NCBI GenBank assembly: GCA_965218945.1
Contig: OZ244718.1
Span: 2,845,324 to 2,909,323 of the forward strand
Length of the DNA stretch: 64,000 bases
Source of the DNA: Dehalococcoidia bacterium
GTDB taxonomy: Bacteria; Chloroflexota; Dehalococcoidia; Lucifugimonadales; UBA2985
Reading direction: 5' to 3'
The position numbers and the translations under genes are program-made. Below the pieces are notes generated by a model. It was not told where the DNA came from. It worked only from the letters and a program-made list of their open reading frames with translations, and did not search any database. Positions 38,329-47,904 of the stretch are shown here, in pieces (the first letter of the stretch is position 1; the number at the start of each line of letters is the position of its first letter).

Positions 38329-39648
38329 ATGGACAACGAGTCTCTGCATCAGAACATTGCCCGTATGGACGGCGACAGGCTGAGGGCCTATCGGGAGAAC
38401 CTGGCCTTCTACAACGGGGCGCAGTGGGTGGGCGCGCCGCATCGCCGGGAGAGGCGCCTCACCTTCAACTACGCCCGCGCCTTTGTGGACAAGATAACCT
38501 CCTACCTGATGACCGGGATGTCCATCGTGATAGATCCCTGGGACTCATCGCCGGAGGCGCGGGAGCGCGCCGACAGAGCCGAAGACGCGCTTCGCCAGGT
38601 GTACGACGCCAACCACTTGGAGCAGCTTGACTTCGATACAGAGCTGGACGCCGCCATTCTTGGCGACGGGTGCTACAAGGTGACCTGGGACACGGAGGAG
38701 CAACGGGTGAGGGTCACCTCGCCCGACGTGCAGGGCCTCTACGCCTGGTGGGTGGCCGACGACGTTGGGCGCGTCTGGCGCGTGGCCAGCCGGTACACCC
38801 TGTCCTCGGAGGAGGCGCAGATGCTCTACGGCGTCGGGAGCGCCCCCACCGGCGGCAGTGAACAGCGGGTGACGGTTGTGGAGATGTGGACAGCCGAAGA
38901 CCTACGCCTGTGGGTGGGCGACGCCCTGGTCCAGGAGAAACCCAATCCCTACGGATTCATACCATTCATCCTCTTCCCGAATCTGAGGGAACCCAAGAAG
39001 TTCTGGGGTCTGTCGGACGTTCCTCCCCTTGTGGAGCCGTCGAGGGAGCTGAACAGGGCTATCTCCCAGCTTTCCATGATCCTGGAGCTGTCCGGCAACC
39101 CCATAGCCGTACTGGAGGGCGTTGAGCGCGCGGAGGACATCGCCGTGCAGCCCGGCGCGGTGTGGGAGCTGCCGGAGCAGGCCAGGGCCTACCTCCTGGA
39201 CCTGCTCCAGGGCGGAGGCATCAAGCTCCACGTGGACTTCATCGACCTGATATACCGGTCGCTGCACGACATCTCGGAGGCGCCCAGGATCAGCTTTGGC
39301 GACAATCCCCGCAGCCTGTCGGGCGTGGCCCTTGAGATGGAGCTAAGCCCTCTGCTCCAGAGGGTGCGACGCAAACGCCTCATCCGGACGGCGGTGTACA
39401 AGGCCCGCAACGAGACGGCGCTGCGACTGCTGACCCAGCGGACGGGCGTCGCGTACCTGCCGGTGAAGCAGCGCATCCTCTGGGGACCGCTGCTGCCCCA
39501 GGACAGGAGCCGGCTGGTGAGGGAGCAGCAGACGCTGGTGGAGACGGGCATCCAGAGCCGTCGGCGGGCGATGGAGAACCTGGGCATAGAGGACCCGGAC
39601 GCCGAATGGCAGCGCATGAGGGAGGAGGGGTCAGAACGGCCTGCGTAG
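38329..39648 (+). CDS. Phage portal protein (SPP1 gp6-like)
   Basis: FYNG.Q, NYARAFVD, AILGDG, NPYGFIPF..FPN and SGVAL motifs; 439 aa; follows TerL. Confidence 0.85.
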   Translation: MDNESLHQNIARMDGDRLRAYRENLAFYNGAQWVGAPHRRERRLTFNYARAFVDKITSYLMTGMSIVIDPWDSSPEARERADRAEDALRQVYDANHLEQLDFDTELDAAILGDGCYKVTWDTEEQRVRVTSPDVQGLYAWWVADDVGRVWRVASRYTLSSEEAQMLYGVGSAPTGGSEQRVTVVEMWTAEDLRLWVGDALVQEKPNPYGFIPFILFPNLREPKKFWGLSDVPPLVEPSRELNRAISQLSMILELSGNPIAVLEGVERAEDIAVQPGAVWELPEQARAYLLDLLQGGGIKLHVDFIDLIYRSLHDISEAPRISFGDNPRSLSGVALEMELSPLLQRVRRKRLIRTAVYKARNETALRLLTQRTGVAYLPVKQRILWGPLLPQDRSRLVREQQTLVETGIQSRRRAMENLGIEDPDAEWQRMREEGSERPA

Positions 39649-39663
39649 CCATGAAGCCAAAAG

Positions 39664-39954
39664 CTATCGACGCCACAGGCGTAACCCTTGAAATAAGATG
39701 TCTTTGGCGTCCTGATGGTAATCCGAACCATCAGTAGTTATAATCCTGTGTGTAGTAGCTATATGCTTCCCATTTGGAAGGCGATGTTTTACAATTTGGC
39801 TGAGGGCGTCCGGCCAATTCCTAGAGGGAACTGTCTTATTGGGTACTACCTCACTTATCAGGCGACCGTCTCGGATTTTAGTCCATATGTTGAATTCTTC
39901 AAATAGGACATTCAGCACTTGGCGGTTTACTTCGGCGGTAGGGACACGAGGCAT
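39664..39954 (-). CDS. Hypothetical protein (low-GC insert)
   Basis: 96-aa ORF in an AT-richer segment. Confidence 0.6.
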   Translation of the reverse strand: MPRVPTAEVNRQVLNVLFEEFNIWTKIRDGRLISEVVPNKTVPSRNWPDALSQIVKHRLPNGKHIATTHRIITTDGSDYHQDAKDILFQGLRLWRR

Positions 39955-39981
39955 TGTGGATCTCAGATTGGAAGCACTACC

Positions 39982-40338
39982 ATGAGAGAGTTCTTAGAGA
40001 TACTAGCAAAATATGTGAGCCGCGAGCAGCCATTCTCGGTTGTGGAGGAATGGCTAGCCGGTGTTGACTGGGATGATCCAAACCTGACCCAAGAGAATAA
40101 AGAGATCTTCGGTTTGTTCGAACTCCTTACAACCGAAGTTTCCGAGGGGTTGCGAGACCAACAAGAACTGATCGGTGAAGCTATTACATTGCTCATGAGG
40201 CAAGGCCAGAACGTTTTCCTGAATTATATGACAGTTGAAGCAACAATTCAGGCCAGTTCAGTAGACACGCCTATCATTTTGGTAACGCCCGAGCAGGGCC
40301 AGAGAACCTGGAGTATATCACCTCAATTGGTAATCTAG
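39982..40338 (+). CDS. Hypothetical acidic helical protein (low-GC insert)
   Basis: MREFLEILAKYV...VEEWL..VDWD; convergent 65-bp overlap with the next gene. Confidence 0.55.
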   Translation: MREFLEILAKYVSREQPFSVVEEWLAGVDWDDPNLTQENKEIFGLFELLTTEVSEGLRDQQELIGEAITLLMRQGQNVFLNYMTVEATIQASSVDTPIILVTPEQGQRTWSISPQLVI

Positions 40339-40720
40339 TAAGCAACTCGTCGTCGAAATATACGTTTACCCAGTGTACTCCCGGCATCTCCATCCTCATA
40401 CTCATGTCCGCAACTACGTTTACACCTCTGTTGCCTCCCTCAAGATGTACAGAAAGTAAGATCGGTTCTTTGGTCTCTGCTGACGGTAGTTCTGGAACAA
40501 TTCTAACCGGGTAACTCCCTCTAGCCTCGCCCGATTTCAATGACAATACTAGTTTCCAATTGAGGTCGAAAGCAGGCATTTCCTCGGGTGCTTGTGGCCC
40601 TCCACGGCTATGGGTAGTTCTGTCCACCACGTTGATTAGGGATAACATTCCCCTCTTGTCTTCAATTACCTGCTCACAAAATGCCGCTATCTGAAGATAG
40701 GGTCCCTTCTCAAAAGCCAT
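40274..40720 (-). CDS. DUF6941-like protein
   Basis: AAFCEQVIEDKRGMLSLINVVD...PGVHWVNVYFDDELL pattern; GAGG RBS. Confidence 0.7.
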   Translation of the reverse strand: MAFEKGPYLQIAAFCEQVIEDKRGMLSLINVVDRTTHSRGGPQAPEEMPAFDLNWKLVLSLKSGEARGSYPVRIVPELPSAETKEPILLSVHLEGGNRGVNVVADMSMRMEMPGVHWVNVYFDDELLTRLPIEVIYSRFSGPARALPK

Positions 40721-40831
40721 TTCCTCTTCACCTTCTTCCTGCTTCCTGCGAGTTTCTCCGTATATTGTCCCCGAATTCATCTCCCATGACAAATGAACGC
40801 CGCCTAGCCCGTAGCCACCCCTTTCCTCTCG

Positions 40832-40875
40832 TTGACATTCCCCCCTTGCGCAGTCTATATTAGAACTGATATTCT
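40832..40875 (+). promoter_or_regulatory. Sigma70 promoter TTGACA-N18-TATATT followed by LexA-like box AGAAC-TGAT-ATTCT
   Basis: Same operator variant as at 35456-35469. Confidence 0.72.
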
Positions 40876-40906
40876 GCAACAAGTCAACTTCTTATCAGGA
40901 GAGATT

Positions 40907-41425
40907 ATGGCTGAAGATAATGCTCAGACTACAGAGATGGAGTCAGATACAGACGTCGGCGAGGCGGTTGGAATGGAAACAGAGGAGGCCTCACAGGAGC
41001 AAACGGAGGACGCTCTGTCGGAGCGCGACCGGCGTCTGTCGGGATTGGAGGAGGCGCTGGGACAGCGGGACGCCAGGATAGCGCACCTGGAGGCGGCTTT
41101 GGGCGAGGCGGAGGACGCCGCGAAAAGGCGTGATGAGGAGATTGAGGGCGTCACCGCCCGGCTGGCCCAGGCGGTGGAGCTGTACCGCGTCTCGCTGCTG
41201 GCGTCGGAACCGGACGTGCCGGAGGATATGGTGCAAGGCTCCACCGTCGAGGTTGTCCAGGAGTCCCTCGCGCGAGTGCGTCAGATGGTCGAGCAGGTAC
41301 GAGGCCGTATGGAGGCGCGGGCATCCCTGGAGCGCACGCCCCTGGGCGTTCCGGCACGCTCGGCCCCGGACCTCTCAGCGCTGACGCCCCAGGAGAAGAT
41401 ACTGGTAGGCCTGAGAGGCCGCTAG
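40907..41425 (+). CDS. Putative capsid scaffolding protein
   Basis: Acidic N-terminus, long coiled coil and a C-terminal PDLSALTPQEKI helix; follows the portal; assignment by composition and position. Confidence 0.6.
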   Translation: MAEDNAQTTEMESDTDVGEAVGMETEEASQEQTEDALSERDRRLSGLEEALGQRDARIAHLEAALGEAEDAAKRRDEEIEGVTARLAQAVELYRVSLLASEPDVPEDMVQGSTVEVVQESLARVRQMVEQVRGRMEARASLERTPLGVPARSAPDLSALTPQEKILVGLRGR

Positions 41426-41452
41426 AGGCAGGCTTCCGAAGAACGGAGCCTG

Positions 41453-41749
41453 CTAGGAGTCGGGCAGGTCCTCTATCATCTTGTAGAACTCCTCCTCGGT
41501 GAAGGCCTTGAGGGTGGTGATGCGAATATGCCCCTGGCCGGCGGCGGACAGGGAGGCAGTAGCCATCACCTCATCGCTGGGGGCCTCGATTATGGCGACC
41601 ACGTCGTACTGCCCCAGGGTGTAGAAGCGCTGTATCTTGATTCCGACTGCCTCCAGCTGCTTATTGGTCTCATCCCTCAGCCTTGGGAGGTCCCGGATGT
41701 TCCTTGTCCCTTCGTCGGTAAAGTTCCCCAGGACTATGTAGTGCGGCAT
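41453..41749 (-). CDS. GYD domain protein
   Basis: YTLGQYDVVAIIEAP...TTLKAF. Confidence 0.88.
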   Translation of the reverse strand: MPHYIVLGNFTDEGTRNIRDLPRLRDETNKQLEAVGIKIQRFYTLGQYDVVAIIEAPSDEVMATASLSAAGQGHIRITTLKAFTEEEFYKMIEDLPDS

Positions 41750-41828
41750 ATCGTCCCTCCTGATTCCGGCATTAGCCCGTTTTCTCGTGCGATGACATTG
41801 TATCACTGATGGAGCGGCCTGAGACCGT

Positions 41829-43106
41829 CTAGCCTACGGCGCTCCTCGACACCTTCTGTGGCTTGCGCACCAGCAGAATCAGGAAGGCGGCCACGAGGCT
41901 GAGGACCGACAGGGCAAGGAAGGGGCTGGAATAGCTGCCCGTCACATCGAAAAGGAACCCGGCAAAGACGGGGCCGATGAGGGACAGAGAGTTGGTGACC
42001 ACCATTGAGACGCCGGTGATGCTGGCAAACCGCCTTCTCCCGAAGAGCTCGCCCCGGTAGGCGGTGAGGGCTGCTCCCCGGCCGCTCCAGCCCGGGGCGA
42101 ACAGCAGCCCGAAGAGCACGAACATGAAGACGGTGTTCCCCACCGCAAAGACGAACAGGGCCGCCGTCTGGAATAGCAGAAACCCGGCTATGACGTACCG
42201 CTTGTCGAAGATGTCGGCTATGTACCCGCTGAAGATGCGGAAGAATATGCCGACGCCGGTGTATATTGTCACCACCAGCCCGGCCATTTGCAGCGAGACC
42301 CCAGCCTGCACCATTCGCTCGATCTGGTGGACAGCCAGCGCCGACAGGGACATTACGGCAATCCCGTGGACAAGGGAGACCATCCAGAAGGCCTGGCTGT
42401 GGAGGGCCTCCTTCACAGTCATGTCGTCCTCATCATCATAAGCGCTTCCGGTTACTGCGTCCTGGCCGGAGGGGTCATCCGCATTGGAAGGAGGGGCCAC
42501 ATCGCCGTCCGGGAGAAGGCCGTAGTCTTCCGGACGGTCACGCAGCACCATAGTGATGGGGGCTATCAGCGCCCAAACAATCAGGGCGCAGATAATGGCG
42601 GCCGTCCTCCAACCGACACTGTCGACTGCCCAGGTCAGCAGCACTATGAGCAGACCGCCGACGTTCACTCCCACGGTGGCGACGGCCATAGCCCGGGCGC
42701 GCAGTCGATAGAACCAGTTGGTCAGCGAGGACATGATCGCCAGGAAGCCGCCGATGCCGGTTCCCAGGGCAATCACCACAAGGGCGATGTAGAAGGAGAG
42801 CAGGCTGTCCACGCGGCTGAGCAGGATGAAGCCCACGCCCAGGATGGCCAAGCCAACGGCCACCATCTTGCGCGGACCTACCCTGTCGACGAGGTAGCCC
42901 TCCACCGGACCCAGGAAGCCGGACTCGGCCCTGGAGAGGGCAAAGGCCCCCGAAAGGAGGGCGCTGCTCCAGAGGTACTCCCGTTGCAAGGCGGAGAAGA
43001 ACACCCCCAAGCCGTGCAGGCCCGCTATCCCCAGTAACACCATGACCAGGGAGCCGGCCGAGAGCACCCAGTAGCCGTAGAATATCCTTGGTTTGGTCGT
43101 TCTCAT
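41829..43106 (-). CDS. MFS transporter (OFA-like)
   Basis: IFYGYWV start, GYLVDRVGPR motif A, about 12 TM segments. Confidence 0.92.
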   Translation of the reverse strand: MRTTKPRIFYGYWVLSAGSLVMVLLGIAGLHGLGVFFSALQREYLWSSALLSGAFALSRAESGFLGPVEGYLVDRVGPRKMVAVGLAILGVGFILLSRVDSLLSFYIALVVIALGTGIGGFLAIMSSLTNWFYRLRARAMAVATVGVNVGGLLIVLLTWAVDSVGWRTAAIICALIVWALIAPITMVLRDRPEDYGLLPDGDVAPPSNADDPSGQDAVTGSAYDDEDDMTVKEALHSQAFWMVSLVHGIAVMSLSALAVHQIERMVQAGVSLQMAGLVVTIYTGVGIFFRIFSGYIADIFDKRYVIAGFLLFQTAALFVFAVGNTVFMFVLFGLLFAPGWSGRGAALTAYRGELFGRRRFASITGVSMVVTNSLSLIGPVFAGFLFDVTGSYSSPFLALSVLSLVAAFLILLVRKPQKVSRSAVG

Positions 43107-43298
43107 GGCTTCACACTCCGGGGGCTGCGCGGCAAGGAGCGGGCGCGGCCAAGGGACGCGGGACAAACTCAAGACGGCCTGTCTGTACTTGGACTATCCG
43201 TCAACCCGTTGGGAAGCAGTCGTCCTGCGCCATATCCGAAAGACAGGTCTTACTTCGCCGTCGATAGGACAGCCCCTGAGCACTGGCGAGTATACTAA

Positions 43299-44502
43299 GG
43301 AAGGTCTGAACAATGTGTTGCCAGGCTGATTTCTTGATTGCTGGGTGCAGAAGCAGACTTACCCTCCTGGTTATTGGCCTTGGTTTTTGAAGATGCGGTT
43401 AATTTCGGCCCTCTTTGCCCTCTCCTCTTCGGCCGCTTTGCGGCTTCAGTCCCGCTTTTGGGCCTACTACCCCCCAGGTCAACCAGCCAAGAGGCCCCGG
43501 GCCCGGTTCAGGTTGGACAGCCCCAGCAGCAGCGCCAGCCGTTCTGTGTTCTTGGCCAAGCCCCGGTAGCGTACTTTAGCGTAGCCGAATACCCCCTTCA
43601 CGTCCCAGAAGGGATGTTCCACCTTAGCTCGCACCGACGCCTTAGACTTCTCCGCTAAGGCTACCAGACTCCCCGAATCCAGCTTTCGTCGCTGTCCCGG
43701 CTTCATAGCCACCTGCCACTGTACCCCCAACTCCAGATTCTCGGACCGCTTCTCCACCCCTGTGTATCCGGCATCCCCCCATACCTGCTGCTCCCCACCA
43801 TGCAATAGACGATGGGCTTGGGTCACATCATGCACGTTGGCCGGCGTTGTTGAGAAGCTGTGTACCAAGCCTGTCCGGGAGTCTACACCAATGTGCAGCT
43901 TCATCCCGAAATGCCACGCATTCCCCTTCTTCACCTGGCGCATCTCCGGGTCACGCTGCCCCGCCCCGTTCTTCGTTGACGACGGCGCTGCTATGATGGT
44001 GGCGTCCACTATGCTCCCCTCCTGCAGCCGTACCCCCTGCTTCTCCAGGTGACCTTTAATCTCCTCAAACAACCCCTGACCCAGTTGATGCTTCTCCAAC
44101 AGGTGGCGAAAGTGTAGTATCGTGCTCTCGTCTGGCAGGTCTTCCGACAGCCTGAGACCCACGAACCGCCTCACCGACTCTGCCTCATACAGCAGATCTT
44201 CCATACCAGGGTCACTCAAATTGTAGCAGAGTTGGACTACGTGCACTCGCAGCATCACCGACAGGGAGTAAGGCCGACGACCCCGCTCCGCCTTAAAGTA
44301 GTGGGGCCGGATGCGCTCCTCCAACGTCTCCCAGGGTATCAGACATTCCATCCGCTCCAGAAAGACCTCTCGACGGGTCCTGCGCTTCTTGTGCCGGTAT
44401 TCCAAGTCGGCGAAGGTGGGCTGGTCAGTCATGGCGTCCTCCCTGGCTTTTGCTTGCTTTGCCTAAATTATGCCATAATCAGGGACATTATTCAGAGATT
44501 CC
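43299..44502 (-). mobile_element. IS5-family insertion sequence, 1204 bp, CTAA target-site duplication
   Basis: TIRs GGAAGGTCTGAACAATGT / GGAATCTCTGAATAATGT; CTAA at 43295-43298 and 44503-44506. Confidence 0.92.
43479..44432 (-). CDS. IS5 family transposase
   Basis: PDESTILHFRHLLE, VDATII, HFGMKLHIGVD, GDAGY and RAKVEHPF DDE motifs. Confidence 0.95.
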   Translation of the reverse strand: MTDQPTFADLEYRHKKRRTRREVFLERMECLIPWETLEERIRPHYFKAERGRRPYSLSVMLRVHVVQLCYNLSDPGMEDLLYEAESVRRFVGLRLSEDLPDESTILHFRHLLEKHQLGQGLFEEIKGHLEKQGVRLQEGSIVDATIIAAPSSTKNGAGQRDPEMRQVKKGNAWHFGMKLHIGVDSRTGLVHSFSTTPANVHDVTQAHRLLHGGEQQVWGDAGYTGVEKRSENLELGVQWQVAMKPGQRRKLDSGSLVALAEKSKASVRAKVEHPFWDVKGVFGYAKVRYRGLAKNTERLALLLGLSNLNRARGLLAG

Positions 44503-44584
44503 CTAACAGAGGCAGCCTGTAGCAGCAAGGTCACACCACCCCCATAGTAGTCCCTACATGTTCTGGCAGTGGCAAGCCCCCCTT

Positions 44585-44700
44585 ACCGCTCATGGTGAGC
44601 TTGCGAACCATTTAAGCGGGTATGCAGCGTCTGTGCGGTTCCCGCTAGCTCTCTTCGATATGCTCAGTGCCTGCCCCGTACTTGATACGGGGACGAGCGG
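44585..44700. repeat. Inverted REP doublet with a nested 24-nt hairpin
   Basis: ACCGCTCATGGTGAGCTTGCGAACCAT ... CTTCGATATGCTCAGT[GCCTGCCCCGTACTTGATACGGGG]ACGAGCGG. Confidence 0.75.
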
Positions 44701-44821
44701 TACTATTCGTCATAGCCAACACCCGTTGGGAATACCCACAACCCAGCCCGTTGAAAAGCCGTGTCGCTGGTGTTAGACTCACCTGCGAGGCGCTGAGCGC
44801 CGGGAGGCTCGCAACAACCCC

Positions 44822-45544
44822 ATGTTCAGATCAGACGGCAGACCCAACGACCAGCCCAGAGACGTGACCATAACGCCGTCCTTCCTGGTTTTCCCGGAAG
44901 GCTCCGCGCTCATCGAAGTGGGAGAGACCAAAGTCGTATGCACGGCTACCCTGGAAGAGCGGGTGCCTCCCTTCATGAGAGGACAGGGCAAGGGCTGGGT
45001 GACGGCAGAGTACAACATGCTGCCACGCTCCACGCTAACCAGGACTGCGCGGGAGCGCGACGCCGGCAGAGCCTCCGGTCGCACTCTTGAGATACAGCGA
45101 CTGATTGGACGCTCCCTACGGGCGGTTGTGGACATGAACGCCCTGGGAGAGCGCACCCTTGTGGTAGACTGCGACGTCCTGCAAGCCGACGGCGGCACTC
45201 GCACGGCCTCCATCACCGGCGCATACATCGCCCTCTACCAGGCAATGCTGTACATGGTCAATGCAGGCATTATCCGCTCCATACCCCTGAAGGGCGCAGT
45301 GGCCGCAATAAGCGTGGGGCTGGTGGACAATGAGAGCATTCTGGACCTCTGCTACGACGAGGACTCCAGGGCAGAGGTGGATTTCAACGTGGTTATGACG
45401 GACACGGGGGAGTTCGTGGAGCTGCAGGGCACGGCGGAAGGCAGCCCCTTCTCCAGAAACGCCATGGACGACCTGCTGGCCTTGGCCGGCACAGGCATCC
45501 AGTACCACTTCGAGGCGCAGCAGAAGGCTATCAAGTCCCTCTGA
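44822..45544 (+). CDS. rph: Ribonuclease PH
   Basis: [29 protein letters not shown] and [17 protein letters not shown] motifs. Confidence 0.98.
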   Translation: MFRSDGRPNDQPRDVTITPSFLVFPEGSALIEVGETKVVCTATLEERVPPFMRGQGKGWVTAEYNMLPRSTLTRTARERDAGRASGRTLEIQRLIGRSLRAVVDMNALGERTLVVDCDVLQADGGTRTASITGAYIALYQAMLYMVNAGIIRSIPLKGAVAAISVGLVDNESILDLCYDEDSRAEVDFNVVMTDTGEFVELQGTAEGSPFSRNAMDDLLALAGTGIQYHFEAQQKAIKSL

Positions 45545-45589
45545 GAACCTCGAACAGATCGTTTCCATCCAAGCGTCGGGGGAATTCCT

Positions 45590-46804
45590 ATGGATAGACA
45601 GCAATACCAGGTAGCCATTATCGGAGGCGGAATAATCGGCCTGTCCACTGCGCTGCGCCTGACGGAAAGGCATCCCGACTGTCGAGTGGTGGTGTTGGAG
45701 AAGGAGCCTCAGCTGGCTCAGCACCAGACCGGCCACAACAGCGGGGTTATACACTCCGGCATCTACTACGCGCCCGGGTCGAGCAAGGCCCAGTTCTGCA
45801 CCGCAGGCGTGGGGCTGCTCACCCAGTTCTGCGAGGAGAACGACATAGACTTCGAGCGGTGCGGCAAGGTGATCGTGGCGACCAGCGAGTCGGAGTTCGG
45901 ACGGCTGGACACGCTGCTCCAGAGGGGAATCGCCAACGGCGTCCAGGGTCTGGAGGAGATAGGGCCTGAGAGGCTGAAGGAGATCGAGCCTCACGCCTTC
46001 GGTCTGAAGGCCATCTGGGCCCCCAATACCGGGATAGTCGACTACAAGAAGGTTGCCAACGCATACGCCGCCAAGATCAGGGCAAGCGGCGGAGAGATAG
46101 TGACCGACGCAACCGTCCGGGCCATCCGGGAGAGCGAGGGATCGCTGGTGGTGGAGACCACCCAGGGCGAAGTTAAGACCAGCCATCTGATTAACTGCGC
46201 CGGACTCGCGGCGGACAGGGTCGCTCGCATGATGGGCATAAGGCCAAACGTGAGGATCATACCCTTCAGAGGTGAGTACTACACGCTCAAAGATGACCGC
46301 CGGGACCTGGTAAAGGGACTCATCTATCCCGTGCCAAACCCCAGCCTCCCATTCCTGGGCGTACACTTCACCAAGAGGATCAACGGAGAGGTGGAAGCAG
46401 GCCCCAACGCGGTGCTGGCCTTCGCGCGGGAGGGGTACACCAAGACCAGCTTCAAGATGGGCGAGTTCATGGACACCCTGTCCTACGGGGGCTTCTGGTC
46501 GATGTCGCGGAAGTTCTGGAAGGTGGGCATTGCAGAGATGCACCGCTCCTTCAGTAAGTCCACCTTTGTGAGAGACCTCCGACGCCTACTCCCGGATATA
46601 ACGTCCGATGACGTAGTATCGGGAGGAGCCGGCGTACGAGCGCAGGCCGTGAACCCGAATGGCTCTCTGGTGGACGACTTCCGCATCGAAGAAACCCGGG
46701 GAGCCATCCACGTCCTGAACGCGCCATCACCGGGGGCCACGTCATCCCTCGCTATAGGCAGCTACATTGTTGACATGGCGTCCAAGTCCTTCGACTTGGG
46801 GTAG
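45590..46804 (+). CDS. lhgO: L-2-hydroxyglutarate oxidase
   Basis: GGGIIG, HQTGHNSGVIHSGIYY, PFLGVHFT and NAPSPGATSSLAIG motifs. Confidence 0.93.
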   Translation: MDRQQYQVAIIGGGIIGLSTALRLTERHPDCRVVVLEKEPQLAQHQTGHNSGVIHSGIYYAPGSSKAQFCTAGVGLLTQFCEENDIDFERCGKVIVATSESEFGRLDTLLQRGIANGVQGLEEIGPERLKEIEPHAFGLKAIWAPNTGIVDYKKVANAYAAKIRASGGEIVTDATVRAIRESEGSLVVETTQGEVKTSHLINCAGLAADRVARMMGIRPNVRIIPFRGEYYTLKDDRRDLVKGLIYPVPNPSLPFLGVHFTKRINGEVEAGPNAVLAFAREGYTKTSFKMGEFMDTLSYGGFWSMSRKFWKVGIAEMHRSFSKSTFVRDLRRLLPDITSDDVVSGGAGVRAQAVNPNGSLVDDFRIEETRGAIHVLNAPSPGATSSLAIGSYIVDMASKSFDLG

Positions 46805-47006
46805 GGGCGGGTAAACTACCCATAAACCCGCCTGCCCGCGACTTGTAGTATTTGCTAAGCCAAAGATAAACTTTCATCTGAGGCTATTGACACATTACAC
46901 GGAAACGGATAGACTGAGTGGCGCACAGATGGTCTAATGTCGCTTACTGTAAGCTCTACTGCCGTAACCGCTTGCAGGGCTGACACCAAAAAGGAGGCAA
47001 GTACCA

Positions 47007-47886
47007 ATGAGCAGATTGCCGTCTCCAATATATCTGCAAGGGGAATTGACCGAGGTAGGAGGTAAGAGTTCTGAGAGCAAAAGACGTAGCCGACGTAAGC
47101 TGATAGCGTTCGGCTGGTACGGAGGCAAATATAACCACTTGGGCTGGCTGCTGCCCCTGCTCCCCGAAAGTCCACTACTGTGAGCCATTTGCCGGATCAG
47201 CAGCTGTTCTACTGAACAGACGCCCCTCACCGGTAGAGACGTACAATGACATTGATGGCGAGATAGCTAACTTCTTCAAGGTATTGAGAGACCGAACAGA
47301 GGATCTGGTAAAGCACATAGCGCTTACTCCATTTTCAAGAGAGGAGTTCTACTGGGCTGTATCAGAGGGCACAGAGCATCTTGACGATTTAGAGCGCGCC
47401 CAGAGATTCTTCATACGCGCCCGCCAGTCCAGAACGGGTTTGGCTCAGACCGCATCCCTGGGTCGTTGGGCCAACTGCAAGAACACGAGCAGGGCGGGAA
47501 TGTCCGGTGTAGTTTCACGTTGGCTTGGTAGTGTAGAGCACCTACCGGAGATAGCCATGCGATTGCTCAGAGTCCAGATTGAGAACAGACCGGCTGTAGA
47601 CGTAATCCGCTTATACGACAGCCCCAACACCCTCTTCTACTGCGATCCACCCTACCTCCACTCCAGCCGTGGTGACAGCAAGGCATACGGATTTGAGATG
47701 GAAGAAGAGTCTCACAAAGAGCTTTCCGAGGTGCTTCGCAACTGCAAGGGTAATGTAGCTATTTCCGGCTACAGGTGCGATCTTATGGACGATCTGTACA
47801 AGGACTGGCAATGCCATGAAGCTCTACCCAAGCTCTGTCACTCAGTGAAGGAGCAGAGGCAAGAGGCCCTTTGGACCAATTTCTAG
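47007..47886 (+). pseudogene. Dam-like (D12 class) DNA adenine methyltransferase, frameshifted near 47170
   Basis: AAGGAGG-ATG 47007; FGWYGGK in one frame, HYCEPFAGS...YND and YCDPPY in another. Confidence 0.85.
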
Positions 47887-47904
47887 AAGTATGAATGACG
47901 CAAT

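Noticed and set aside
35500-41425. Complete or inducible prophage
   Set aside because: No integrase, att repeats, replication, capsid, tail or endolysin genes in the window; only ~6 kb and flanked by housekeeping genes
47160-47180. Programmed ribosomal frameshift in the Dam-like MTase or SacI-like REase
   Set aside because: No slippery heptamer or stimulatory structure seen; simple small deletions explain both
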